The position numbers and the translations under genes were made by a program. Shown here piece after piece: positions 8,326 to 16,903 of a stretch of 49,417 nt of DNA (the first letter of the stretch is position 1; each line of letters opens with the position of its first letter). Source of the stretch: a virus (Duplodnaviria; Caudoviricetes); the IMG/VR virus record IMGVR_UViG_3300036783_000105, positions 1-49,417 of that record; one strand, written 5' to 3'. The notes beneath the pieces were generated by a model, which made no database searches, had not been told where the DNA came from, and saw only the letters and a list, made by a program, of their open reading frames with translations.

Positions 8326-9026
8326 GTTTTTTTGAAATTGATACCCGATTTTTACTAGATACAGCATTTCACCGCCTGGAAATCATCCGTGACGATGGAC
8401 TGTATCGCCACCTCCGAATGCAGAAACCAGGAACATCCTGCTACTACTACGACGTGATCACCTGGCCTGGCTATCTGACCGTAACCGGCGATATGGGGAC
8501 ATGGACATTCTCCCGTATCGCGGACATGTTCAACTTTTTTGGGGCCTGGGAAGGCGGAATTAATACCGGTTATTGGTCTGAAAAGCTGGAGGCTGGTGCG
8601 GGATGTTCCGCTCGCGATTTACTAGCAAGAGAATACGACCACGAAGCGTTCTGCAAAAGTCTGAAAGAGTCCCTGAGCGAATATCTGGAGGACGAGGAAG
8701 GCTCTGAATCAGAAGAAGATGAAGACTGGGACGATGATGATGATACACCGGATAGCGACAAAGCAGTGGTACGAGAAATCGTCCGTGACTTATGTCGAGC
8801 TGGGTTCAACAACGAATGGGAAGCCTACCAAGCTGTTTATGATGCCGATTGGCCAGCGGGCTGGAGCCCTTGGGACGTCTGCGAAGGACTGACATTTAAA
8901 ACGTATACCAGCCATTTCCGGTGGATTCTGTTTGCCATCACATGGGCAATCAGCAAATACCACAACGCGAAGATTGTAGATAAAGCGATGGTTAAGTTTC
9001 TGGCCGTGAAAGGAGTTCCAGCATGA
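8322..9026 (+). CDS. Hypothetical phage protein with acidic insert
   Basis: Coupled 234-aa ORF. Confidence 0.75.
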   Translation: MSFFEIDTRFLLDTAFHRLEIIRDDGLYRHLRMQKPGTSCYYYDVITWPGYLTVTGDMGTWTFSRIADMFNFFGAWEGGINTGYWSEKLEAGAGCSARDLLAREYDHEAFCKSLKESLSEYLEDEEGSESEEDEDWDDDDDTPDSDKAVVREIVRDLCRAGFNNEWEAYQAVYDADWPAGWSPWDVCEGLTFKTYTSHFRWILFAITWAISKYHNAKIVDKAMVKFLAVKGVPA

Positions 9027-9322
9027 ATACCACCGAACTGGCGCAGCTGCGTGCTGAGCTTTCTAATCCGGCAATTGGCAGTAAAGACCATCTGCGAAAA
9101 CTCGCGTTATTGCTGGTAGAAGCGCTGGAGAAGGCGCAGAAGAGCAATGAGTTTCTGAAAGGCCAATTGTCTGAACTTGCCAACTTCAACCCTGATTGGG
9201 ACCGGCTTGAGGCCAGTTATGAAAGTTGGCGTGAAATTGCTGCTGAATTACTGGTGGCAAAAGAGCGCATCGCCGAGCTGGAGGCCAGTCACGCCAAATT
9301 GCGCGAGGGGACCGACAAATGA
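9023..9322 (+). CDS. Ead/Ea22-like protein
   Basis: TELAQ, LVEALEKAQ, RIAELEA motifs. Confidence 0.7.
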   Translation: MNTTELAQLRAELSNPAIGSKDHLRKLALLLVEALEKAQKSNEFLKGQLSELANFNPDWDRLEASYESWREIAAELLVAKERIAELEASHAKLREGTDK

Positions 9323-9612
9323 GCATCATCGACGATTCACATTTGACCGATGAAGTTGTGAATGAAGCCTTCGAGGGCACCAACTTCGGTCGTACCGACT
9401 TCCGCACTATTCTGGCTGAAACAGTTCTCAAGCGGGCTTCTGGTTATCACTCTGGCTGGACGGCAACGACTATCTGCATGCGCCTTGGCCTGCTGAGCGA
9501 GAAGAACCAGAGTGCTACAAAGCTTGGCCTGACGTTTGCCTTTCACCACTACTACCGCCAGAGCGTCCGCGATGCGCTGATGCCGAAACAGGAGGCCAAG
9601 CATGACAACTGA
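9319..9612 (+). CDS. Hypothetical phage protein
   Basis: Coupled ORF. Confidence 0.7.
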   Translation: MSIIDDSHLTDEVVNEAFEGTNFGRTDFRTILAETVLKRASGYHSGWTATTICMRLGLLSEKNQSATKLGLTFAFHHYYRQSVRDALMPKQEAKHDN

Positions 9613-10267
9613 TATCACCGAACTGGCGCAGAGAGAGAAATTCGAAGCGTGGGCAGAGCATGCTTGCGCGGCTCCGTGGGGCTACCTCAAAAAGCGACGC
9701 ACCACTGAAGGCTATTCCGAGCAGATTTACACCTGCATGTGGGCCGCATGGAAAGCGGCTGGCGCTGAGCTGGTAGAGGCACTGGAGAAGGCGCAGAACG
9801 AGAATGAGCTGGCACGAGGCCAGTTACTAATCGCGCATCGCACACTATTGAAACAGCAGCAGAGTATTGCCGATTTGGTTACTGGTCGTCAGAACCTTCA
9901 GCAGACAATGGGCGTTTATGTTCACGCATATGAAGAGGCCAAAGGGCAGATTGCTAAGGATGTTGAGATAAAAGCTAGGTTATGCCGCGAAAGCAACAGC
10001 CTGTTTGACAGGTTGCGTGCGGCAGAGAAGCGCATTGCCGACCTGGAGTCCCGCACCGTCACCGTGAAGCTGCCAGAGGGTGATGAGCGTGATGATTTGG
10101 TCATATCCATAACGGAAGAAATTGCACATCTTCAGCGCTGTGTTGAGCGCTACAGAAAAGAGGAAATGGCAAGCACGACACAGGAGATGGAGCAGAGGCT
10201 TTTAGTGCAGCAAATTGCGCTTTCAGTCCTGAATAGCGCCGCTGGCATCAAGTGGGAGGCTGAGTAG
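9602..10267 (+). CDS. Ead/Ea22-like coiled-coil protein
   Basis: TDITELAQ, LVEALEKAQ, RIADLESRTVTVKLP, AAGIKWE motifs. Confidence 0.75.
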   Translation: MTTDITELAQREKFEAWAEHACAAPWGYLKKRRTTEGYSEQIYTCMWAAWKAAGAELVEALEKAQNENELARGQLLIAHRTLLKQQQSIADLVTGRQNLQQTMGVYVHAYEEAKGQIAKDVEIKARLCRESNSLFDRLRAAEKRIADLESRTVTVKLPEGDERDDLVISITEEIAHLQRCVERYRKEEMASTTQEMEQRLLVQQIALSVLNSAAGIKWEAE

Positions 10268-10783
10268 ATGGCACTGACACACGAGGAGCTTTGCCAGATA
10301 GCCTGCCGCTTTCTGCAAAATAACGGTTTCAGGGTGGCGTTTCACGATCGCTTTGTCGCTGCCGTTGCCACAGGTGAGCAGCCTGACGCGATCAGCTTCC
10401 GTAACCTGGCCTCCTGTTTGATTGAAGTTAAGTGTTCCCGCGCAGACTTTTTGGCGGACAAGAAAAAGCCATTCAGAAGAATGCCGAACCAGGGCATGGG
10501 CGACTGGCGCTTTTTCATGGCAGAGCCTGGTTTTATCGAGGTGTCAGACTTGCCGCCCGGCTGGGGCCTCCTGCACGTCAGGAACGGGCGCGTATACAAA
10601 GTCCACGGCTGGCCCGGAAACGCGCTGTGGTGCTCTCGGGAGCATAAGCCGTTTCAGGCCAACAAACAGGCCGAGTGCGATTACATGTACAGCGCCCTGC
10701 GCAGGATGGACCTGCGCGGCCACCTCAAAGAAGTTTATGACGGCGTGATAGTTAACCGGACAGCAGAAGGAGCCAACCAATGA
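10268..10783 (+). CDS. PD-(D/E)xK nuclease-fold protein (MmcB-like)
   Basis: QPDA...IEVKCSRADFLAD motif. Confidence 0.7.
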   Translation: MALTHEELCQIACRFLQNNGFRVAFHDRFVAAVATGEQPDAISFRNLASCLIEVKCSRADFLADKKKPFRRMPNQGMGDWRFFMAEPGFIEVSDLPPGWGLLHVRNGRVYKVHGWPGNALWCSREHKPFQANKQAECDYMYSALRRMDLRGHLKEVYDGVIVNRTAEGANQ

Positions 10784-11676
10784 CCAATTCAACCATAACC
10801 AGAGATGAGCTTAATGAAGTGATTGCCACATACGGAAAGCATCACATTGCTCATCGAATGGCTATTGTATTGTTGGCCGCAATGGACAGCGAGCCGGTGG
10901 CGTGGACTGACGAGGAGGAACTGCGCGATGTTAATGTTGCTGGAATCGGCTATTTGTTTGGCATTGACCGAGAAGCGAATAAATTTGCCGACCCACGCCG
11001 CCAAATCATGCTCTATCGCCACGCGCAGCAGCCGGTAGTGCCTGAAACCGTGCTTGTTGACCTTGAGTATCAGGCAAATCACATCACCGCTTGGCATCAC
11101 ATGGACGAGCACTCATGCAAGGTAAATCGTCGAGACCTACTGACGCTGGTTAACGCCTGCCTCGCCGCCATGTTGCAGGAACACCAAAAAAGTGCAGGAG
11201 ATGCAGGAGACGTACAAATCAGCAGGGGATGCAGGAGTAGCGAAAATGTGCAGGTGCTGCACACCATCAAATCCCCGCCAGCTATGGGTTCGTTGTCAAA
11301 AACAGGTGAAGTGCTGCACGCCAACTCTCCGGCGATTCAAGAGGGTTACGTGATGGTGCCGAAGGAGCCGACAGAGGAAATGATAAACGCTTGGTTATCA
11401 GAGGTCGCGAACTGGCGCGGTCACGTTGCTGGTTATAAAGCCATGCTCGCAGCCGCCCCGCAGTCATTCGGCAGTGAACCCGCTACCGTGCCGGGTAAAT
11501 GGATTCCGGTAAGCGAGCGGATGCCGGAGCGCGGGGATTGGCTTGTTACTGATGGCTGCGACTTCGATGTGCAGTTGTTTAATGGTGAGCAATTTATTCC
11601 AGGCTTTGTGTGGGAGGACAAAATAACCCACTGGATGCCGCTGCCAGCCGCCCCGCAGGAGGTGAAAGGTGAATAA
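10780..11676 (+). CDS. DUF551-domain mosaic protein
   Basis: WIPVSERMPE...THWMPLPAAP C-terminus; EPVAW and VPKEPT modules. Confidence 0.85.
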   Translation: MTNSTITRDELNEVIATYGKHHIAHRMAIVLLAAMDSEPVAWTDEEELRDVNVAGIGYLFGIDREANKFADPRRQIMLYRHAQQPVVPETVLVDLEYQANHITAWHHMDEHSCKVNRRDLLTLVNACLAAMLQEHQKSAGDAGDVQISRGCRSSENVQVLHTIKSPPAMGSLSKTGEVLHANSPAIQEGYVMVPKEPTEEMINAWLSEVANWRGHVAGYKAMLAAAPQSFGSEPATVPGKWIPVSERMPERGDWLVTDGCDFDVQLFNGEQFIPGFVWEDKITHWMPLPAAPQEVKGE

Positions 11677-11908
11677 GGCCGAACTGCTTGAAAAGATATC
11701 GGCGCTCGCTACTGAATGCCACACGTTGGCCTGTGAGCTTGATATCGGTAACGAGCGAACCGAAATGTTCGAAATCTACGGCGTGCTGCACAATCTCGGT
11801 CGCCGCGGATACGCCTGCCAGGTAGGGCGGTGCATGAATCCTCTGCTCGCATCCTGCGATGACGACGAGGATGAGGAAGATGACGATTGGGATGAGGATG
11901 AAGACTGA
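11669..11908 (+). CDS. Hypothetical protein with acidic tail
   Basis: GTG start overlapping previous stop; DDDEDEEDDDWDEDED tail. Confidence 0.7.
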   Translation: MNKAELLEKISALATECHTLACELDIGNERTEMFEIYGVLHNLGRRGYACQVGRCMNPLLASCDDDEDEEDDDWDEDED

Positions 11909-11950
11909 TGCCTAAATCCCCCGCAGAACGCAAAACTAAAAGGGTGCAAA

Positions 11951-12211
11951 ATGCAGACTAAAAACATCAATAAAATAGCAGTCTTGACGAGAATTGCTGA
12001 AATAGAAGCGTCTGGACGCAAGGGAACCCTCTTCCCTGGTTTTGATAACAGCATCAACACGTCAATGCCAGATGGTACGCCAGAAAAACTTCAGTACGCA
12101 GTTATGAAAAGTCTGGTCAAGAGCGGGTTGGTGGATGGCTGTTGCTGTGGTTGTCGTGGCGATTTTGTCTTGACCGAGAAAGGGGCTGAACTGGTATCCA
12201 CCACAACATAG
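11951..12211 (+). CDS. Hypothetical protein
   Basis: 86 aa; LVDGCCCGCRGDF..TEKG. Confidence 0.7.
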   Translation: MQTKNINKIAVLTRIAEIEASGRKGTLFPGFDNSINTSMPDGTPEKLQYAVMKSLVKSGLVDGCCCGCRGDFVLTEKGAELVSTTT

Positions 12212-12275
12212 CGTTAAGCCGCGCGCCCTGATAGTTGATGCTATATAATCCCCTCAACACCAGAGGGGATTTTTT

Positions 12276-12533
12276 ATGTCTAAGTGGAACATTGCAGCAA
12301 AAAGTCCGGAAGAGCAGGACAAAGTAAACGTTGACCTTGCTGCCTCCGGCGTCGCGTACAAAGAGCGCCTGAACATGCCGGTAGTCGCGGAAGTGGTAGC
12401 GAGGGAGCAACCAGAGCATTTGCGCGAGTATTTCATGGAGCGCGTGCGTTACTACCGGGAAAAAAGCGTTGAGTTACCGAAAGCAAGTGATCCACGCTAT
12501 ACCGAAATGGCTGAGCAGAACGCCAAAAAATAG
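12276..12533 (+). CDS. holE: DNA polymerase III theta subunit homolog
   Basis: [22 protein letters not shown] signature. Confidence 0.93.
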   Translation: MSKWNIAAKSPEEQDKVNVDLAASGVAYKERLNMPVVAEVVAREQPEHLREYFMERVRYYREKSVELPKASDPRYTEMAEQNAKK

Positions 12534-12949
12534 CTAATGCTCGTTGCAGTTTTATCAGGGGCAGGCGTTATTTTGATGCCTGTCTGAGAGCATGAACCAC
12601 AAAAAACAAAGCAATATTTTCCACCGATGACGCCCGTCACTGGTGATTTTCTGCGCCTGTCGCTTGACTTCTCATGTGTTTTGAAGGTTATCTGTTTTAT
12701 TGTGCGCTTATCTAATCGCAACTCATTGAAATACATTGAATTAATTGCATCGATCGTTTAAAGCGATCAATATAACAATAATTGATCTACAAAACCTATT
12801 TGAAGCCGGATAGTTTCTAAACGACACTCAATTCTACTCGCACAAATTATCTGAAAGCCCACAAAAATATTCATTACTCATTGATATTAAAAGATAAAAT
12901 CTTTATCTCTGTTTTTGATTGCATTTCTGAAAAATCATTACAATAATTA

Positions 12950-12965
12950 CTGTGTATTTATACAG
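12950..12965. promoter_or_regulatory. LexA (SOS) box
   Basis: CTGTGTATTTATACAG just upstream of dinI. Confidence 0.9.
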
Positions 12966-12986
12966 TACATCAAGCGAGGTGATACT

Positions 12987-13220
12987 ATGAAAATCGAAGT
13001 GACAATCGACAAAAACAAAAAATTACCCACCGGCGCTGTTCAGGCGCTGGAAGTTGAATTGCTGCGTCGCTTAAATCAGAACTATGAAGACTGCCAACTG
13101 ACGATTCGCCGTGCGGGTTCAGATGGGCTAAGTGTCTATGGCGGCATCGACGACGATAAAGAGGTTATCCAGGAGATACTCCGGGAAACGTGGGAAAGTG
13201 CCGATGATTGGTTTTATTGA
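12987..13220 (+). CDS. dinI: DinI-family protein
   Basis: MKIEVTIDK..LP.GA...ETWESADDWF; GAGG RBS. Confidence 0.92.
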   Translation: MKIEVTIDKNKKLPTGAVQALEVELLRRLNQNYEDCQLTIRRAGSDGLSVYGGIDDDKEVIQEILRETWESADDWFY

Positions 13221-13365
13221 TGTTTTTATTGGTGGCGTACACACCCTCTGATGTGCACTGCCGGGCTTTTGCGAGAGTTTCTCGCTTCGGGGGCAATATG
13301 ATGAACATGCTTAGCGGTCATTTAAACGTTATCTCTTATGAAAAATTTTCATAAGGTGGTAGCTG

Positions 13366-13533
13366 ATGAATACAGAAGAACTCATAGAGGCAATACGTAT
13401 ACCTGGCAGTTACGTTATTGATAGCCTGCCAGGAGGTGTTTTTGTTCTGACTCCTATGGAGCTGGGAGAAATTAAAAACACCGAGGCCTCTCACGATGAG
13501 TGCAAAAGTTATTACCGACAAGAAAAAAACTGA
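13366..13533 (+). CDS. 55-aa protein after dinI, candidate antirepressor (not in ORF track)
   Basis: AAGGTGG RBS; MNTEELIEAIRIPGSYVIDSLPGGVFVLTPMELGEIKNTEASHDECKSYYRQEKN. Confidence 0.6.
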   Translation: MNTEELIEAIRIPGSYVIDSLPGGVFVLTPMELGEIKNTEASHDECKSYYRQEKN

Positions 13534-13678
13534 TTTATACTAATCACCTCGGCTGAACACCGAACTTATCGCGCCATCACCGGAGTAAAGTGATGACGCA
13601 ACAACAAAGTAACACCATTTCACACCGTACCCTCTGGCGCGGTGTTTCTGTTTGTCTGTCGCACCTGGGCGGTGCGGC

Positions 13679-13984
13679 ATGAGCAAATCCAAATCCAAAG
13701 CAGAAAAGCTTCATTTGAGCCGCGTGGCCGCTCTCGGCTGCATCGTTTGCCGTAATCTTGAATATGGTGAATCACCGGCAGAAATCCATCACTGCAGTTC
13801 TGGCACCGGACTTTCAGTCCGCGCTGACAACTTCCATGTCATTCCTCTTTGTCATGCCCATCATCGCACTGGTGGTTACGGCGTTGCTATTCATGCTGGT
13901 CGTAAGTCATGGGAAGAAAAATTCGGCACTGAAGCAGAGTTGCTGACTCAGGTTCTCCAGGAGATAGGGGAGACCATCGCATGA
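13679..13984 (+). CDS. Ref-family (HNH-like) nuclease
   Basis: GCIVC, AEIHH, VIPLCHAHH motifs. Confidence 0.8.
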   Translation: MSKSKSKAEKLHLSRVAALGCIVCRNLEYGESPAEIHHCSSGTGLSVRADNFHVIPLCHAHHRTGGYGVAIHAGRKSWEEKFGTEAELLTQVLQEIGETIA

Positions 13985-14625
13985 CTTACCAGCTTATATA
14001 CGCTGATCCGCCTTGGCAGTACGGCAATAAAATTAGCAATGGGGCGGCGGTGAGCCACTACGACACCATGAGTCTTACCGAACTTAAGCGCATTCCTGTC
14101 TGGGATCTGGCTGCCGAGAATGCCGTTCTTGCCATGTGGTACACCGGCACACATACCGAAGAAGCAATTGAACTGGCAAAAGCCTGGGGCTTTCGCGTTC
14201 GAACGATGAAGGGGTTTACGTGGGTAAAACTCAATCAAAATGCCGAACGACGATTCAATAAGGCGTTAAACGAAGGTGAGCTGGTGGATTTTAATGATCT
14301 GCTTGCAATGTTGAACAGCGAAACCCGGATGAACGGCGGCAACCATACGCGGGCCAATTCAGAGGATCTCCTGTTCGCAACATGCGGGGCAGGGTTAGAG
14401 CGTGCCAGCGCGTCAATTAAACAGGTTGTTTATTCCTGTCTGGGCGAGCATAGCGAAAAACCGTGGGAAGTTCGCCACCGGCTGGAATTGCTGTACGGCG
14501 ACGTTAAGCGCGTGGAATTGTTTGCTCGCGAATCTTGGCCCGGCTGGGACCGCTGGGGAAATCAGTGCAGTAATTCCTTCGAAATTATTCCCGGACATAT
14601 CATCAAAAATGAGGTGAATAAATGA
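13981..14625 (+). CDS. MT-A70-family adenine methyltransferase
   Basis: IYADPPW, EHSEKP, VELFAR, GWDRWGN. Confidence 0.92.
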   Translation: MTYQLIYADPPWQYGNKISNGAAVSHYDTMSLTELKRIPVWDLAAENAVLAMWYTGTHTEEAIELAKAWGFRVRTMKGFTWVKLNQNAERRFNKALNEGELVDFNDLLAMLNSETRMNGGNHTRANSEDLLFATCGAGLERASASIKQVVYSCLGEHSEKPWEVRHRLELLYGDVKRVELFARESWPGWDRWGNQCSNSFEIIPGHIIKNEVNK

Positions 14626-15200
14626 TTAACCCTTCTGAGGTTGGTAAATCAGGTGAAATGGTTCGCCTCCGCACTCTGGAAAGCATCTGGATACAGGGAA
14701 AGCTGCGTATGTGGGGCCGCTGGTCGTATATTGGCGGTGGTAGCGGCGGCAATATGTTTAACCAGCTACTGGCATCCGGGAAAATTACTAAAACCGCTAT
14801 CAATGATGCTTTGCGACGTATGAAGAAATCAGGCATTACCAAACCCGAGTTAGAAGCGTTTCTAAAAGAGATCCTCAGCGGCAAAAACAAAAGCGGACTG
14901 GCGTTTTGTACTGATGAAGAGGGGTTGAAAATTGATTCAGTGCTTAGTGCTGAGCTTGTGCGTTCCGGTAATAAGGGCCTGTATAAGCTTATCAAGGATC
15001 GCTATGTCTATCGAATGAGCAAGAAGGCAATGGCGAAAGAGCTAAACGAAAAGCATCCAGAATGGTGCTTGCGGACGTGTGAGAGCAGGATCGATGTTTG
15101 GCTAAGTCTTGCAGAATCGATGCTTTACGCACCAATTTGTGATGCATTTGGCACAAATGGCGACAGATTTTACTTGAATAGTTGCGCGGAAAGTGCTTGA
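14622..15200 (+). CDS. Late antiterminator Q (DUF1133-type)
   Basis: Last gene before lysis region; LRMWGRW motif; followed by short terminated leader. Confidence 0.75.
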   Translation: MINPSEVGKSGEMVRLRTLESIWIQGKLRMWGRWSYIGGGSGGNMFNQLLASGKITKTAINDALRRMKKSGITKPELEAFLKEILSGKNKSGLAFCTDEEGLKIDSVLSAELVRSGNKGLYKLIKDRYVYRMSKKAMAKELNEKHPEWCLRTCESRIDVWLSLAESMLYAPICDAFGTNGDRFYLNSCAESA

Positions 15201-15252
15201 ATTGTGATAGGCTCGGGACGTTAAAGCGAACTGAGCAGCAAAAAAATACTGA

Positions 15253-15280
15253 AGCCCGAGGTTAACGCCTTGGGCTTTTT
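15253..15280 (+). terminator. tR'-like terminator after putative PR'
   Basis: AGCCCGAGG-loop-CCTTGGGCT followed by T-tract. Confidence 0.7.
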
Positions 15281-15412
15281 GCTTTCCGGCGATCTGACAG
15301 GGGGATTCGCGAGATGCATTGCATCAGTACCCCTGTCACATCGTCGTAGAGCGATAACCACAATTCACAAGCCTCAGCACTCGCTGAGGCTTTTCAATTT
15401 CACGGGGGAACT

Positions 15413-15670
15413 ATGCAGCAGCCATATTTTTTTAACCCGGGCATGACCACCCAACAGCTTGAAGACTGGCTTGGGCAACAGAAAACCCACCTTGCTCACT
15501 TCAACCGTCTGGTGGCAGAAAAAGCCGCTCTTGAAGAACGGCTGAAAGAGATCGACAAGTCTATTGAGTTGCTTTCATCATCAGGTTTCGAAGGAACACT
15601 GAGTTTTCCCTACAGTTCCAGTCCTCTTCTGGAAAATCCTCAAACAGAAAAGCAGCTAAAGGCAGATTGA
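15413..15670 (+). CDS. Small coiled-coil hypothetical protein
   Basis: GGGGGA RBS; 85 aa. Confidence 0.6.
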   Translation: MQQPYFFNPGMTTQQLEDWLGQQKTHLAHFNRLVAEKAALEERLKEIDKSIELLSSSGFEGTLSFPYSSSPLLENPQTEKQLKAD

Positions 15671-16019
15671 ACGAGCGTAAAGCCTCCTGAGCTTCGTCGC
15701 TTATGTTATCTACCCTCAATTCATCCTGGATAACAAAAAGAGCATCTTCCAGTTTCAGAGCCCTGATTTCGGACGGCCGCCATTTTGTTTTCATAAAAAT
15801 GAGGTGATGCAACGCAGTTTTCCCCTCAAGCGGATTGAAAATAGTGGCATATTTTTGTCTGTGCTGATGAAGAATCATTTCGAGGACATAAATCAGCGCC
15901 GTTCTGTTTCTGATCTGATTGTCCTGCATGCTACCCGAATAATACGCGGAGTGAGACATACTCCTGTTTTCACACACGCGCGATTTGATCACGTGTAACA
16001 GGTTGTGGTAGTCAGACAC
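15561..16019 (-). CDS. Hypothetical moron protein
   Basis: AAGGAGAG RBS before GTG; 152 aa; antisense to late operon. Confidence 0.7.
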   Translation of the reverse strand: MSDYHNLLHVIKSRVCENRSMSHSAYYSGSMQDNQIRNRTALIYVLEMILHQHRQKYATIFNPLEGKTALHHLIFMKTKWRPSEIRALKLEDALFVIQDELRVDNISDEAQEALRSFNLPLAAFLFEDFPEEDWNCRENSVFLRNLMMKATQ

Positions 16020-16239
16020 GTTACTCTCCTTGTCTGTATGGTTATTGGCAAATCAACAATATCAGACGATCTGACCCGCTTCTAGATACACACAACCGTT
16101 CAACGGCTTGCTTTTGGCAGGCCGTTTTCATATGTGCCGCCAGAACGTCACTCACTCCGTGTTTTGTCGTAAATCCATCTGGTGGCCTTTTAATTTCCCC
16201 TCGCATTGAGAGGATTCACAGCAAAAAAGAGGGGGCGAA

Positions 16240-16635
16240 ATGTCCGATCCTGTATCAAGCACTACGGTTGCGACTGGTGGGCTGATGGGGGCCAGTATGT
16301 TTGGTCTGGCAACTGGTATTGATTACGGCGTGGTTTTTGGTGCTTTTGCCGGTGCAGTGTTCTACGTGGCTACAGCGGTGAACATCAGCCGCATAAAGCT
16401 GGTGGGTTACTTCATCACGTCATTCATTTTCGGTGTTGTAGGTGCGCCTCTTTTGGGGTCTTACTTCTCAAAGTGGACGGGCTACAGCGAACAATCGCTT
16501 GATGCGCTGGGGGCTGTAATTGTGGCAGCCATAGCTATTAAGTTGCTGACGTTCGTTAACAATCAGGAACTGAGCGGACTGTTTGGAGTTATCTCTCGAT
16601 TACGCGGAGGGGGAACGAGCAATGATAACAAGTGA
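16240..16635 (+). CDS. Putative holin
   Basis: Multiple TM helices; first gene of lysis cassette. Confidence 0.8.
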   Translation: MSDPVSSTTVATGGLMGASMFGLATGIDYGVVFGAFAGAVFYVATAVNISRIKLVGYFITSFIFGVVGAPLLGSYFSKWTGYSEQSLDALGAVIVAAIAIKLLTFVNNQELSGLFGVISRLRGGGTSNDNK

Positions 16636-16903
16636 TCCGAGTGCAATGGTGAATGCCGTTATCTGTGCGGTGATTGTTATTGCGCTGATGTTCTATCGCC
16701 GCGAAGGTGCCAAGTACCGTCCAGTGATATCGCTGCTGGCTTATTTCACAGTGCTGGTATACGCCAGCATCCCTTTCCGTTTCCTGTTTGGCCTGTACGA
16801 GTCATCACACTGGCTGGTGGTGCTGGCGAACATTCTAATCTGTGGCGCGGTTCTCTGGTGTAGAGGGAACGTCGCTCGCCTGGTTGATGCACTGAGGCAC
16901 TGA
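16622..16903 (+). CDS. 3-TM holin-family protein
   Basis: Three hydrophobic helices, RGNVARL C-terminus; directly before endolysin. Confidence 0.8.
   Translation: MITSDPSAMVNAVICAVIVIALMFYRREGAKYRPVISLLAYFTVLVYASIPFRFLFGLYESSHWLVVLANILICGAVLWCRGNVARLVDALRH

Noticed and set aside
12497-12736. 79-aa minus-strand ORF between holE and dinI
   Set aside because: No clear RBS or recognisable motif and overlaps holE 3' end; cannot support
13336-13521. 61-aa minus-strand ORF
   Set aside because: Shadow of the plus-strand 55-aa ORF that has the better RBS and context
15200-16240. Stx-like toxin or tRNA cargo between Q and lysis genes
   Set aside because: No signal peptides, toxin motifs or tRNA cloverleaf recognised
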